DNA from: Candidatus Kuenenia stuttgartensis
Lineage (GTDB): Bacteria > Planctomycetota > Planctomycetia > Isosphaerales > Isosphaeraceae
Assembly (NCBI GenBank): GCA_945865635.1
Contig: CAMBEP010000032.1
Span: 16,021-40,020, forward strand
Direction of reading: 5' to 3'
Length of the DNA: 24,000 bases
The notes beneath the pieces are model-generated. The model saw only the letters and a list, made by a program, of their open reading frames with translations, had not been told where the DNA came from and ran no database searches. Shown here in pieces: positions 1 through 8,402 of this stretch (position 1 is its first letter; the number at the start of each line of letters is the position of its first letter). The translations under genes and the position numbers were made by a program.

Positions 1-227
1 TGCTCAACGGTACGTGGCATTCGGGTTTTGCATGATTTGGTCATTTTTGCAAAATAGTGGAAGGATTTTGTGAAGTGTGTTTGTGCTTCATTGGGGAATG
101 GTTGGGGTGGTCAGGACATCGATGGCAGATTGCCATGCGGACCAAGAAATTCTAGTGAATTCCAAACTTTCAAGATCTTTCTGGGAGGGGTCGTTTGGTC
201 GTTGCAGGCATGGATTTTGGTAGTTAA

Positions 228-1925
228 ATGGATGAGCCGGGCATGACGAGTTCTGGGGTATGTCTGGATGATTGGCTTGACGCGACATCAAAGTTCGTGA
301 AAATGGTTTATATCGATGAAAGTGGCCCCGATGGGTCTTGGAAAATCAGGACGATTTCAAGACTTTCACAAGCATCGTTTGGTCACGGACAGTTCTCTTC
401 AGCGGATCCATTCATGAGCGACTTGACACAGAATGAAGCCGGCCCCAGGCCGATTCGATGCTCACAGTGCGGTGAGATGGTGACGTCGCTTGATTTGAGT
501 GCGAATAGTCCGCCTGCCAATTGCACGTTTATCAAGACGGAAGTGCCCTGCCCCATGGTTTCCAGTGGAGAGGAGCACCGACCACTTGAAAATCAATTGC
601 AAGTGCCAAAATCTACCGATGAAACCACATTGATCGTTGCGGATCAGACGGTGAGCTCAGAGGTGGGCGGGATGCTGGGGGATGGGTTTCCGGTTGTGGA
701 CGACCTGGTTAATAGTGAAATTGGGCAATACTGGGTTGAGGAGATTATCGGCAGAGGGTCGATGGGGCGGGTTTATCGAGCCACGCATATGTCGCTTGAG
801 CGGCCCTGTGCCTTGAAGATCATGAGCCCGGGGCTATTGCGCCGCAAACCCCTGATTCGCGATCGATTTTGGGCTGAGGCTCGTGCCGTGGCTGGCTTGG
901 TGCATCCGCATATTGTTACAGTGCATAACCTTGGCGGTGCCAAAGGGTATCACTACATTGAAATGGAATTTGTGCCGGGCGGGGTGAGTCTACGTGAGGC
1001 GGTGGTTCAAAATGGGGCCCTTGAGATTCCAAGCGCTACGGACTTGATCCAGCAAGTCTGTTTTGCGCTTGAGGCCGCACATCGGTCGGGCCTTGTACAC
1101 CGTGATGTGAAGCCTGCCAATATTTTGCTGAGTGGCGAAGGCATGGCCAAGCTCGCCGACTTCGGGCTGGTTTTGAATGTTAACGACCCATCCGAGACGA
1201 CATCGGCGGTTTCTGGCACACCGACTTTCATGGCCCCTGAACTGTTTCAGGGAATTGCCGCATCGCCTCAATCCGATATTTACGCACTGGGTGTGACCTA
1301 TTTCTATCTCTTGACTGCCCAGTTACCCTACAGTTCGGACAATGTCCGGCAATTGATTCGGATGCATCGCACTGCGGCGATTCCTAATGCGAAGGCGGTC
1401 AATCCGGATGTGCCGGAACCGATCCAGAAGATTCTCGAACGCTGCATGGCGAAAAATCCGGAGGATCGGTATTCCACGGCTGAGGAACTGGCCAGCGAGC
1501 TTGAGGACCTTCTTTTTGATTATCAGGACATTGAGTCGATTGTTCGCGATAGTCTTGAGGGCGTAAATGGTCTGGTTCAAGGCGGTTTCGACCTTTGGCG
1601 AGTCAACATGCTCTTGCCCAGAGAGCGGCTTCAGGAAGTCTATCTCGAAATTGAGCGAGGCCCGCTGGGCCAGACCAGTCTGACGGTATACTCGGTTTGC
1701 GGGCCGGCGGATCCGAACGACTATGAGTTTGTGCTGAGGCTGAACAATGATCTGCCTTATGTTGGCATATCGATTCGTGATGTGAATGGTCAGGCCATGT
1801 TCATCATGACCAGAACTTTTGACAGGGCCAGCTTGAGGTCGACAGAAATTCGAAGTACTGTCTATGAAATTGCGCGACGAAGTGACTGGGTCGAAGAACA
1901 GTTGACCAAAATGGATCTGTATTAA
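228..1925 (+). CDS. Serine/threonine protein kinase (Hanks type), N-terminal Cys-rich segment and C-terminal YbjN-like region
   Basis: 565-aa ORF with P-loop 'IGRGSMGRVYRATHMSLERPCALKIM', catalytic loop 'GLVHRDVKPANILL', 'DFG' and 'GTPTFMAPE'. 'IRCSQCGEM' lies upstream of the kinase domain. The start codon could be further downstream. Confidence 0.93.
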   Translation: MDEPGMTSSGVCLDDWLDATSKFVKMVYIDESGPDGSWKIRTISRLSQASFGHGQFSSADPFMSDLTQNEAGPRPIRCSQCGEMVTSLDLSANSPPANCTFIKTEVPCPMVSSGEEHRPLENQLQVPKSTDETTLIVADQTVSSEVGGMLGDGFPVVDDLVNSEIGQYWVEEIIGRGSMGRVYRATHMSLERPCALKIMSPGLLRRKPLIRDRFWAEARAVAGLVHPHIVTVHNLGGAKGYHYIEMEFVPGGVSLREAVVQNGALEIPSATDLIQQVCFALEAAHRSGLVHRDVKPANILLSGEGMAKLADFGLVLNVNDPSETTSAVSGTPTFMAPELFQGIAASPQSDIYALGVTYFYLLTAQLPYSSDNVRQLIRMHRTAAIPNAKAVNPDVPEPIQKILERCMAKNPEDRYSTAEELASELEDLLFDYQDIESIVRDSLEGVNGLVQGGFDLWRVNMLLPRERLQEVYLEIERGPLGQTSLTVYSVCGPADPNDYEFVLRLNNDLPYVGISIRDVNGQAMFIMTRTFDRASLRSTEIRSTVYEIARRSDWVEEQLTKMDLY

Positions 1926-1988
1926 GAGGGCTGGTGTCGAGCGAATCGACTTTCAGGCTTGTGCCTTTGCGATACGGAAATTCTCGAA

Positions 1989-2423
1989 ATGAACGACTTG
2001 CATGCTGCTGGTCTGATCATGGCCGCGATCGTTGCAGTCGCTGCGAGGATGCTTGGCCATTGGGAGAGGGTGCGATTGAGGTGGCCCCGTGAAGGGCCAC
2101 TCGATCGGCTATCGGACAGGCTTCGCCGAATGGGCCTTGCGATCATGTGGCTCGAAGGCTTGCTCATGGCGATTGGCTCGCAGATGCCCACCACACTAAA
2201 GGCAGATCGACTGCTTTTCGTCTCGATTTGGGCCTTGGTCGGAATTGTGGCGATTGTATTGGTGATGATCTCCATTTGTGATTCGGTGGTGCGACTGATG
2301 GCTCACCGGGTCCGATCTGCCGCAATCGCCCAGGTCTGGAATCAATGGGCAGAGAAGGCGGATCCGGATCAAATGGATGATCCAGACACAGAAGAGGCGG
2401 ATGATCCCTTTGACCAAGATTGA
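1989..2423 (+). CDS. Small hypothetical membrane protein
   Basis: ORF 1959..2423 starts with TTG. An internal ATG at 1989 ('MNDLHAAGLIMAAIVAVAARML') is a likelier start. Two hydrophobic stretches, and it directly follows the kinase gene on the same strand. Confidence 0.6.
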   Translation: MNDLHAAGLIMAAIVAVAARMLGHWERVRLRWPREGPLDRLSDRLRRMGLAIMWLEGLLMAIGSQMPTTLKADRLLFVSIWALVGIVAIVLVMISICDSVVRLMAHRVRSAAIAQVWNQWAEKADPDQMDDPDTEEADDPFDQD

Positions 2424-2432
2424 ACAAAAATC

Positions 2433-3371
2433 ATGAGTACCACCAACTCACGTTTCCAGCCGGCCTCTCGACCGATCAGGTGCTCAATCCGGCGCGGTGT
2501 CGCATTACCGGAAGTCGTTCTAGTGGTGGTAATTATAAGTCTGGGTTTCCTGCTTTTGCTATTCCGGATGCCGCGTGGTCGCGAACAATCAAGGGCCCTG
2601 ATCTGTTTGTCGAATCTTGGTCAGATTGGTCAGGCGATTTCTTATTACTCGCAGGCCACGGGCCAGTACCCCACCAGCCCAGGCTGGGGGCCGGGGGCGG
2701 CTGGGGCTGGAACAAGTGTGCTTTGGAACTCGCGTGATACGTTACAGGTGAAAGACTTTTCCAGTATTGCGAGCCAGTTGAAGGCTAAGAAGGCAGGTGA
2801 TGGGAAGGGTTTGCCATCGGTTGTTGTGGGTCTGAGATGTCCGTCGGACAGGGTGATGGAGCCACTCACAGCCACAAATTATCGTGCCAATGCAGGCGAC
2901 GATTCCACTGGAAGGAGCGGTCCGTTTGGAATTGGCCAGGTGGTCTCGCCGAAACAGGTCGAGGCAGGCGATGGACAGGCATTCACGGCTGCATTTGGCG
3001 AGCGCTTGATCGGGAATGGAAAACCGGAATCGTCGATGGCGAACTATCAGTTGACCGAGGACTGTGCATCTGCCATTGCAGCGAGTGTTGCGACCGACAA
3101 TGAGTCGCTCTGGAAAGGCAATGCCGGGCATGACTGGTCGCGCGGCGATTGGTCTCAATCGCTTTACCAGCATGGGATAACGCCGAACTGGCGGAGGTCT
3201 GCTGTGGCAATGGAAGGCAATTGCGGGCAGATGGGGTTGTCGAGCGATCACCCCGGCGTAGTGAATTTGCTGATGCTGGATGGGTCCGCCAAAGCTTGGA
3301 GAGATTCGGTCAACCCGAAAATCTGGAGCAAGCTGGGGCGGTTCGACGACGGCCAAACCGGCTCAAATTAA
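2433..3371 (+). CDS. DUF1559-type / prepilin-type N-terminal methylation domain protein
   Basis: 'RRGVALPEVVLVVVIISLGFLLLL' resembles a class III prepilin signal (G before VALPE) and is followed by 'LSNLGQIGQAISYYSQATGQYPTSP'. The C-terminus 'HPGVVNLLMLDGSAKAWRDSVNPKIWSKLG' is DUF1559-like. Confidence 0.85.
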   Translation: MSTTNSRFQPASRPIRCSIRRGVALPEVVLVVVIISLGFLLLLFRMPRGREQSRALICLSNLGQIGQAISYYSQATGQYPTSPGWGPGAAGAGTSVLWNSRDTLQVKDFSSIASQLKAKKAGDGKGLPSVVVGLRCPSDRVMEPLTATNYRANAGDDSTGRSGPFGIGQVVSPKQVEAGDGQAFTAAFGERLIGNGKPESSMANYQLTEDCASAIAASVATDNESLWKGNAGHDWSRGDWSQSLYQHGITPNWRRSAVAMEGNCGQMGLSSDHPGVVNLLMLDGSAKAWRDSVNPKIWSKLGRFDDGQTGSN

Positions 3372-3387
3372 ACAGATGGAGCAGCGG

Positions 3388-4455
3388 TTATTCTGAGGGT
3401 GGGCCATCACGCATTTCGGTAAGCCGTTTACGCAAGAAGCTGGCTCGAAGGACATTGCGTTCGTCAACGGCCAGGGTCTGACCGTGAATCTTTTGCAGGT
3501 GAGCGGGTTGGGTGTTGATAAATAATTCGTTGACCTGAGCGATCTCAAGATCGTCGATAAGGCCCAGATTGATTCCCATTCGCACGCTTGAGAGCAGGAG
3601 CATGGTCTCTTCGCTTGAGATGGTATGGGCTGTTTTCAAAACACCATAGGCCCGGCTGACTTGGTCGTGGAGCACTTGGCGACGCTCGGTCAAAAGGGTC
3701 TGGCGAGCTTTTCGCTCATATTCGATGAGCTGGGGGATGACGTCGGAGAGGCTTTTGATCAATTCTGGCTCACTTTTGCCCAGCGTCTGTTGATTTGAGA
3801 TCTGATAGAAATCGCCATAAGGCTGGGTGCCTTCACCGTGCAGGCCGCGCACGGAGAGGTTGATTTTTTGAAGGGCACGGAAGAATTTGTCGAGATGATT
3901 CGTCTGCCCAAGGGCGGGGAGGTGAAGCATGACACCGACCCGGATCCCGGTGCCGACATTGGTCGGACAGGCGGAGAGGTAGCCAAGTTCCTGGCTGAAA
4001 GCGATATCGAGGTGTTCTTCCAATCGGTTGTCGAGATCGTCGATCTGTTCCCAGGCTTGTAGAAGGGCGAATCCGGATCGCATGACCTGGACACGCAGAT
4101 GGTCTTCCTCGTTGACCATGATCGAGGCACTTTCGTCGTCGTTAAGTGCCACTCCGCGTGGGCCTTCGCCTTCTTTGAGCTCGCGCGAGATCAGGTGTCG
4201 TTCGACGAGGAACTGGCGGTCCAGTTCGCTCATGCGTTCGACGTCAAAGTAGTTCAGTTTGGAGTTGGATTCGCTGATTGACTCACGAATCTGGGTCACT
4301 ATCTCGCTTTTCTCGGACCGGCTGGCTTTCGAGATGAACGGGAAATCGGCCAGATTTCGCGCCAGCCTGATGCGTGAACAGATTACGATATCGCTTTCAG
4401 GACCATTTCCCTTGAGCCATTCGCCTGGAGAACGGGGCAGTTCGTCAAGTGTCAT
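3388..4455 (-). CDS. mcsB: Protein-arginine kinase McsB (phosphagen kinase family)
   Basis: 'VICSRIRLARNLADFPF', 'LVERHLIS', 'IMVNEEDHLRVQVM', 'LGYLSACPTNVGTGIRVGVMLHLPAL' and 'YQISNQQTLGKSE' are hallmark McsB motifs. It sits directly downstream of McsA-like genes. Confidence 0.93.
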   Translation of the reverse strand: MTLDELPRSPGEWLKGNGPESDIVICSRIRLARNLADFPFISKASRSEKSEIVTQIRESISESNSKLNYFDVERMSELDRQFLVERHLISRELKEGEGPRGVALNDDESASIMVNEEDHLRVQVMRSGFALLQAWEQIDDLDNRLEEHLDIAFSQELGYLSACPTNVGTGIRVGVMLHLPALGQTNHLDKFFRALQKINLSVRGLHGEGTQPYGDFYQISNQQTLGKSEPELIKSLSDVIPQLIEYERKARQTLLTERRQVLHDQVSRAYGVLKTAHTISSEETMLLLSSVRMGINLGLIDDLEIAQVNELFINTQPAHLQKIHGQTLAVDERNVLRASFLRKRLTEMRDGPPSE

Positions 4456-4810
4456 CGCGTTGCTTCCGTTGATTCTTCCGTTCCTGCAGGCGGTCTCGCA
4501 GTTGGGCCGCCAATTCGTAATTCTGACTCACAATGGCTTGTCTGAGCTCGGCTTGCCAGCGCAGGGTTTCAAAGCGGCTTGGCCCTCGTTTCGGCCATTT
4601 TCCGACATGCAGCAGTGCGCTTTGATTGGTCTCGAAAAAGTGGGTGAGGGTTTCGCCAAAAACTTCGTAATCGAGCGGGCAACCGAGCCGTCCACCAGTC
4701 CGAAACTGCATCAAATCCTGGCCACACACGGTACATTTTGGATTCAAGGCGGCCGAGGTACTGCTTGTACCACTGTTGCCTGAGTCGGATTGAAAAGAAG
4801 CCATCCGCAT
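4445..4810 (-). CDS. Short McsA-like protein (one Zn-finger-like motif plus UvrB/UvrC motif)
   Basis: 'CTVCGQDLMQFRTGGRLGCPLDYEVF', then 'LRQAIVSQNYELAAQLRDRLQ' (UVR motif). Its end overlaps the mcsB start by 11 bp. Confidence 0.8.
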   Translation of the reverse strand: MRMASFQSDSGNSGTSSTSAALNPKCTVCGQDLMQFRTGGRLGCPLDYEVFGETLTHFFETNQSALLHVGKWPKRGPSRFETLRWQAELRQAIVSQNYELAAQLRDRLQERKNQRKQRDDT

Positions 4811-4909
4811 CCTGCCTGAGTTTGGAGCCAGTTTTGGATCATGTGGGAACCGCTAACAGGATACCAGTAATGACGCACTGAGGGCGAATAAACTTGGCAG
4901 TTTTCGGAT

Positions 4910-5434
4910 TCAACTGACAGATTTGCGGGATTCCAGCTCTTTGATCTGGTCTCTTACACGCGCCGCAAGTTCATAATCTTCAGCAGCGATTGATTTTTTG
5001 AGGTCGTTGCGGAGTTGTATCAACGAAGTCTGGGTCTGCGTGTCGCGTGGCGCCCTGTGCGGCGTTTTGCCACAATGGCGGGTCTCGTCGTGAATGTTTT
5101 CCAGCAACGGCATCAATTCTTCGCGAAAAATCACATAGTCGTTCGGGCAGCCGAGCCGGCCGGTGTTTCGGAACTCCTGAAACGTCATTTTGCAGAGTGG
5201 GCAAATACGCTTTTCAGTCGCAGATTCGCTAGCTACAGCCGATTTGCCAGACTGACTGATAAACGCTTTGGCAAGCTCGCTGACATCCTTCTTGGGCTTG
5301 TCGTCGATCTCATTCGATTCCTCAAGGAAGGTCTGTGCATGGTCATGACAAAGGTGGTGTTCCTGCCAATCCCCATTCTTGTCGATGTCGGTGATGTGAT
5401 GGGTCACCGGTTTGGAGCAGCGTTCACACTTCAT
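4910..5434 (-). CDS. mcsA: McsA-like protein (two Cys motifs plus UVR motif)
   Basis: The start is probably 'MKCERC' at 5434 rather than 5509. 'CERCSKP...HLCHDHA' and 'CPLCKMTFQEFRNTGRLGCPNDYVIF' are followed by 'LRNDLKKSIAAEDYELAARVRDQIKELE'. Confidence 0.85.
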   Translation of the reverse strand: MKCERCSKPVTHHITDIDKNGDWQEHHLCHDHAQTFLEESNEIDDKPKKDVSELAKAFISQSGKSAVASESATEKRICPLCKMTFQEFRNTGRLGCPNDYVIFREELMPLLENIHDETRHCGKTPHRAPRDTQTQTSLIQLRNDLKKSIAAEDYELAARVRDQIKELESRKSVS

Positions 5435-5612
5435 GCTTATCTCTCGGGATATTTTCACCGCTAAGGCGATTCGGATCTTCTCATTATAAGGCCAAATCTC
5501 GACAGTCAACCAGCCGAAATCAGGCGAAGCCGAAATAATCGTTCAAAAACGATCGGCAACGCAGTCTCGGGCAATGCTTAATCATCGGGATTCAAAGGCT
5601 TGAACATCATCA

Positions 5613-5645
5613 AAAAAGAGCGGCCAGGTTTGGCTCGCTCTTTTT
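5613..5645 (-). terminator. Probable Rho-independent terminator (near-symmetric, possibly bidirectional)
   Basis: AAAAAGAGCG-GCCA-ggtt-TGGC-t-CGCTCTTTTT: 14 paired positions with one bulge and A/T tracts on both sides, downstream of the minus-strand PEP-CTERM gene. Confidence 0.8.
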
Positions 5646-5707
5646 CGCGATACGCAAGTGGATCGAAAGTCGCAAAAAACCACAACGACTTCCGATCGCG
5701 ATAAACC

Positions 5708-6952
5708 TTATTCCGCTCGTCTCTTGCGGGATCGGCTACGGGCAAAAGCCGCCAGAGCGATCCCCAGACCCAATGAAATCACGGATGCTGGTTCTGGCAC
5801 ATTGGTGGTCAAAATGTATCCGACCTGATTTCCTAAGGAATCCAGCGCCGAACCTGTGATGTATTGACCACTGGTTGAGATGCCATAGGCTGTGATCAGT
5901 TTGAAGCCAGGAGCAAACGTGATCCCCCATGCAGTTGTGGCATAGTCAGACAAAAGCAGTGCGCCACTGCCCGGAACCCAGATGCTCGCACTCATATTGC
6001 TATAATCTGGGGCGGCCGTGGTTCCGTTCCATGAGGTACCCACTATCAGAGGCTGATTCCCAAAAACCGCAATGTTGTCACTAACACTACGTGCACTGGC
6101 CTGGCTGAAGCCCAACGGCAGGCTGATGTCAATCAGAGTGTCACTGATCGTGCGATCGACCAAAAAAGCATGGCTAACAACATCGGATAGATTCTTTGTA
6201 CTGGATTCACCTACCAGGAAAGTGCCGTTGGTATTGATATCAAGCACCTTGCCATAGGGATTGGTTATGGTTGAGTCCAATACACCGTTGCCGAGCTGCT
6301 GTGTGCTATTGGCAACACCGACATTGGCAATCACTGCAACGCGTGGATTGCTGGTCGCCTGACCTGAATATCCAGACGTGCCGCCCACCAGCCCCGTATC
6401 AGAAACCGCCCCTGCCCATCCAAAATTTGCTGGAGGCGACTGCCAGGATGGACCTGTGACCTGACCCAGGAGCGTGGTGTTGGTTCCGTTTGAATTCCAG
6501 GAGACCATCTGGTTCGAGCCATAACCAACGACCGAAAGACCATTCGGGCTGATCGCCGAACCAATGGCGAAGCCTAGAACTGTATTCAGGTGCGTATAAC
6601 TCTGGGTGCCCGTGTCCCAGGCCATGGCTCCAGAAGTGGAACCATTGCTGAAATAGCCTGAGGCTTTCGTGCCATCTGAGCTAATGCTCAAGGCCCTGCC
6701 CTGAACGCCCAAAGCATAGGTAGTGGCACCGGTTGTGTAGGTAAAGGCCTGTTCATTCTGGCCCAGGTTGGTGGTTCCGACTGCTACCCCATTGTTGGAA
6801 ACACCAAATCCGATAGAACCTGCATAGGCTCCAGCGGTCGGGTTTGAAACCCCTGTCGAGAAATATTCCACTTGACCTGCTTCAGCCAGCCCAGCTGGAA
6901 GTGCCGTCAATAACCCACTGATCAAGATCGAAGCAAGGCGTCGAACCATCAT
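5708..6952 (-). CDS. PEP-CTERM sorting domain protein, HAF-like repeats
   Basis: N-terminal signal peptide 'SILISGLLTALPAGLAEAG'. The C-terminus 'VPEPASVISLGLGIALAAFARSRSRKRRAE' is a PEP-CTERM signal (PEP, hydrophobic stretch, basic tail). The body is repetitive ('AVGTTNLGQNEQAFTYTTG'). Confidence 0.88.
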   Translation of the reverse strand: MMVRRLASILISGLLTALPAGLAEAGQVEYFSTGVSNPTAGAYAGSIGFGVSNNGVAVGTTNLGQNEQAFTYTTGATTYALGVQGRALSISSDGTKASGYFSNGSTSGAMAWDTGTQSYTHLNTVLGFAIGSAISPNGLSVVGYGSNQMVSWNSNGTNTTLLGQVTGPSWQSPPANFGWAGAVSDTGLVGGTSGYSGQATSNPRVAVIANVGVANSTQQLGNGVLDSTITNPYGKVLDINTNGTFLVGESSTKNLSDVVSHAFLVDRTISDTLIDISLPLGFSQASARSVSDNIAVFGNQPLIVGTSWNGTTAAPDYSNMSASIWVPGSGALLLSDYATTAWGITFAPGFKLITAYGISTSGQYITGSALDSLGNQVGYILTTNVPEPASVISLGLGIALAAFARSRSRKRRAE

Positions 6953-7147
6953 GACAAAACCTCAACTATATTTGTGGACAAGGCTGCGAAAGATCAATCT
7001 CATCACGCAGTGACTTTCAAACCCGCATTACTAAAGATTCTAACCCCAAACATAACAGAAGACCACAACCGGAATCTCAATAGGGTGTAATTTGAACGGA
7101 ACGGATGGATTTGTTCAACAGCGTTGTAAAATGGAAACACCCAACCG

Positions 7148-8392
7148 CTACAGGCGTTCCAAGAGGCAGACTTCGACGTGGCCACCAAAACCAGCCACTA
7201 TTTTCAGGATATTGTCGATACGCTTCACGATCGGCACAGGACCAACAGGGCAACCAGGTGGATCAAACTCCAAAGTGCCATCATGGGCAAATGGCGGAAG
7301 TATCCCCTCTCTCAGTGATTCGCAACAAATGGCCAGCTCGACCGCACCAGCCGCTCCCAGACAATGCCCAATCTGGGTCTTGGATGCCAGCATAAACGCC
7401 GCCTGGGCCTGATTTGCGAGCGATCTCGAAACGGCCGCAGCTTCCAGAGGATCGTAGACTCTGGTTGCCGTGGCATGCAGGTGGACCGCTTCGATTTGCA
7501 CAGGATCAAGACACTGATGCACCACCTGACGGATCACCCGACTCAGTACATCCGACGAATCGTGTGGCCTGGTGGGATGATAAGCCTCGGCGCCTGCCGC
7601 CATGCGATCAATCTTCGCGATCGCCGTCCGGCCTGATCGAGTGACGTCTTCCGCTCGTTCCAGAACAAAAATTGCCCCACCTTCGCCGATCAGGAATCCG
7701 TTGCGGCGAGAGGACCATGGCCGAACCCAGGTTTCAGGCGACTCACCTGGAAAACTTGGTCCAGCCAACGACTTCATCCGCGTAAAAGCCGCATAAATCA
7801 AAGGTTCCAGTGAGGCGTCCGCCGCCCCTGCGAGAACAATATCGCAAGAGCCATGCTTCAAAAGCGCAGCAGCGTGCCTCAGAGCGGTCAGTCCGGTGGC
7901 GCAGGCTGTGATGGGCGCCAGAATTGGCCCTGTCGTGCAGTATCTTGAGGCGATGAATGAAGAGCCCGCCGACGGTGCGGCTACGGCCCATCCAAGCTTG
8001 CATGCAGCTACATCGCCTTGCATGGCCGAAGGATTCCCGGCCCAGCGGCTTTGCAGACGCACAGCTCCCTTGGAAAGCCCAACCACCACCGCGACGCGGG
8101 TCGGATCCCACTTGAGCGGATCCAGTGACGCGTCTGCCAAGGCTTCGTCGGCGGCCGATCCCAGAAGATTAAAAACCGGATCGGGCCAGTCTGGATCCAA
8201 ATCCTGGTCCAGAACTGTCACAGGATATCCGGCCCATGCCTGCTGGCCGTGCTGCTTGGAGTCCCAATGGCCCTGACCTACGGCATTCTCCCCAGCGCAG
8301 AGCCGCTGGAAAGTTGCCCTTCGACCCCAACCCAAGCTTGTGACCAGCCCTACGCCTGAAATCACGACGGATGAGAGGTTTGAATCCTGCAT
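7148..8392 (-). CDS. Beta-ketoacyl-ACP synthase, FabF/KAS II-like
   Basis: 'ITACATGLTALRHAA' (active Cys), 'VHLHATATRVYDPLEAAAV' (His) and 'SKTQIGHCLGAAGAVELAI' (His). The ORF runs to 8455, but start 'MQDSNLSS' (~8392) avoids overlap with bioB. Confidence 0.88.
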   Translation of the reverse strand: MQDSNLSSVVISGVGLVTSLGWGRRATFQRLCAGENAVGQGHWDSKQHGQQAWAGYPVTVLDQDLDPDWPDPVFNLLGSAADEALADASLDPLKWDPTRVAVVVGLSKGAVRLQSRWAGNPSAMQGDVAACKLGWAVAAPSAGSSFIASRYCTTGPILAPITACATGLTALRHAAALLKHGSCDIVLAGAADASLEPLIYAAFTRMKSLAGPSFPGESPETWVRPWSSRRNGFLIGEGGAIFVLERAEDVTRSGRTAIAKIDRMAAGAEAYHPTRPHDSSDVLSRVIRQVVHQCLDPVQIEAVHLHATATRVYDPLEAAAVSRSLANQAQAAFMLASKTQIGHCLGAAGAVELAICCESLREGILPPFAHDGTLEFDPPGCPVGPVPIVKRIDNILKIVAGFGGHVEVCLLERL

Positions 8393-8402
8393 CAGGCCGC
8401 CA

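Noticed and set aside
2420-2737. 105-aa plus-strand ORF overlapping the DUF1559-like gene
   Set aside because: Alternative frame of a gene with clear prepilin-like motifs, with no domain evidence of its own.
7896-8276. 126-aa ORF antisense to the FabF-like gene, plus similar shadows in bioB, bioF and trpE
   Set aside because: These are shadow ORFs opposite well-supported coding genes in a GC-rich frame.
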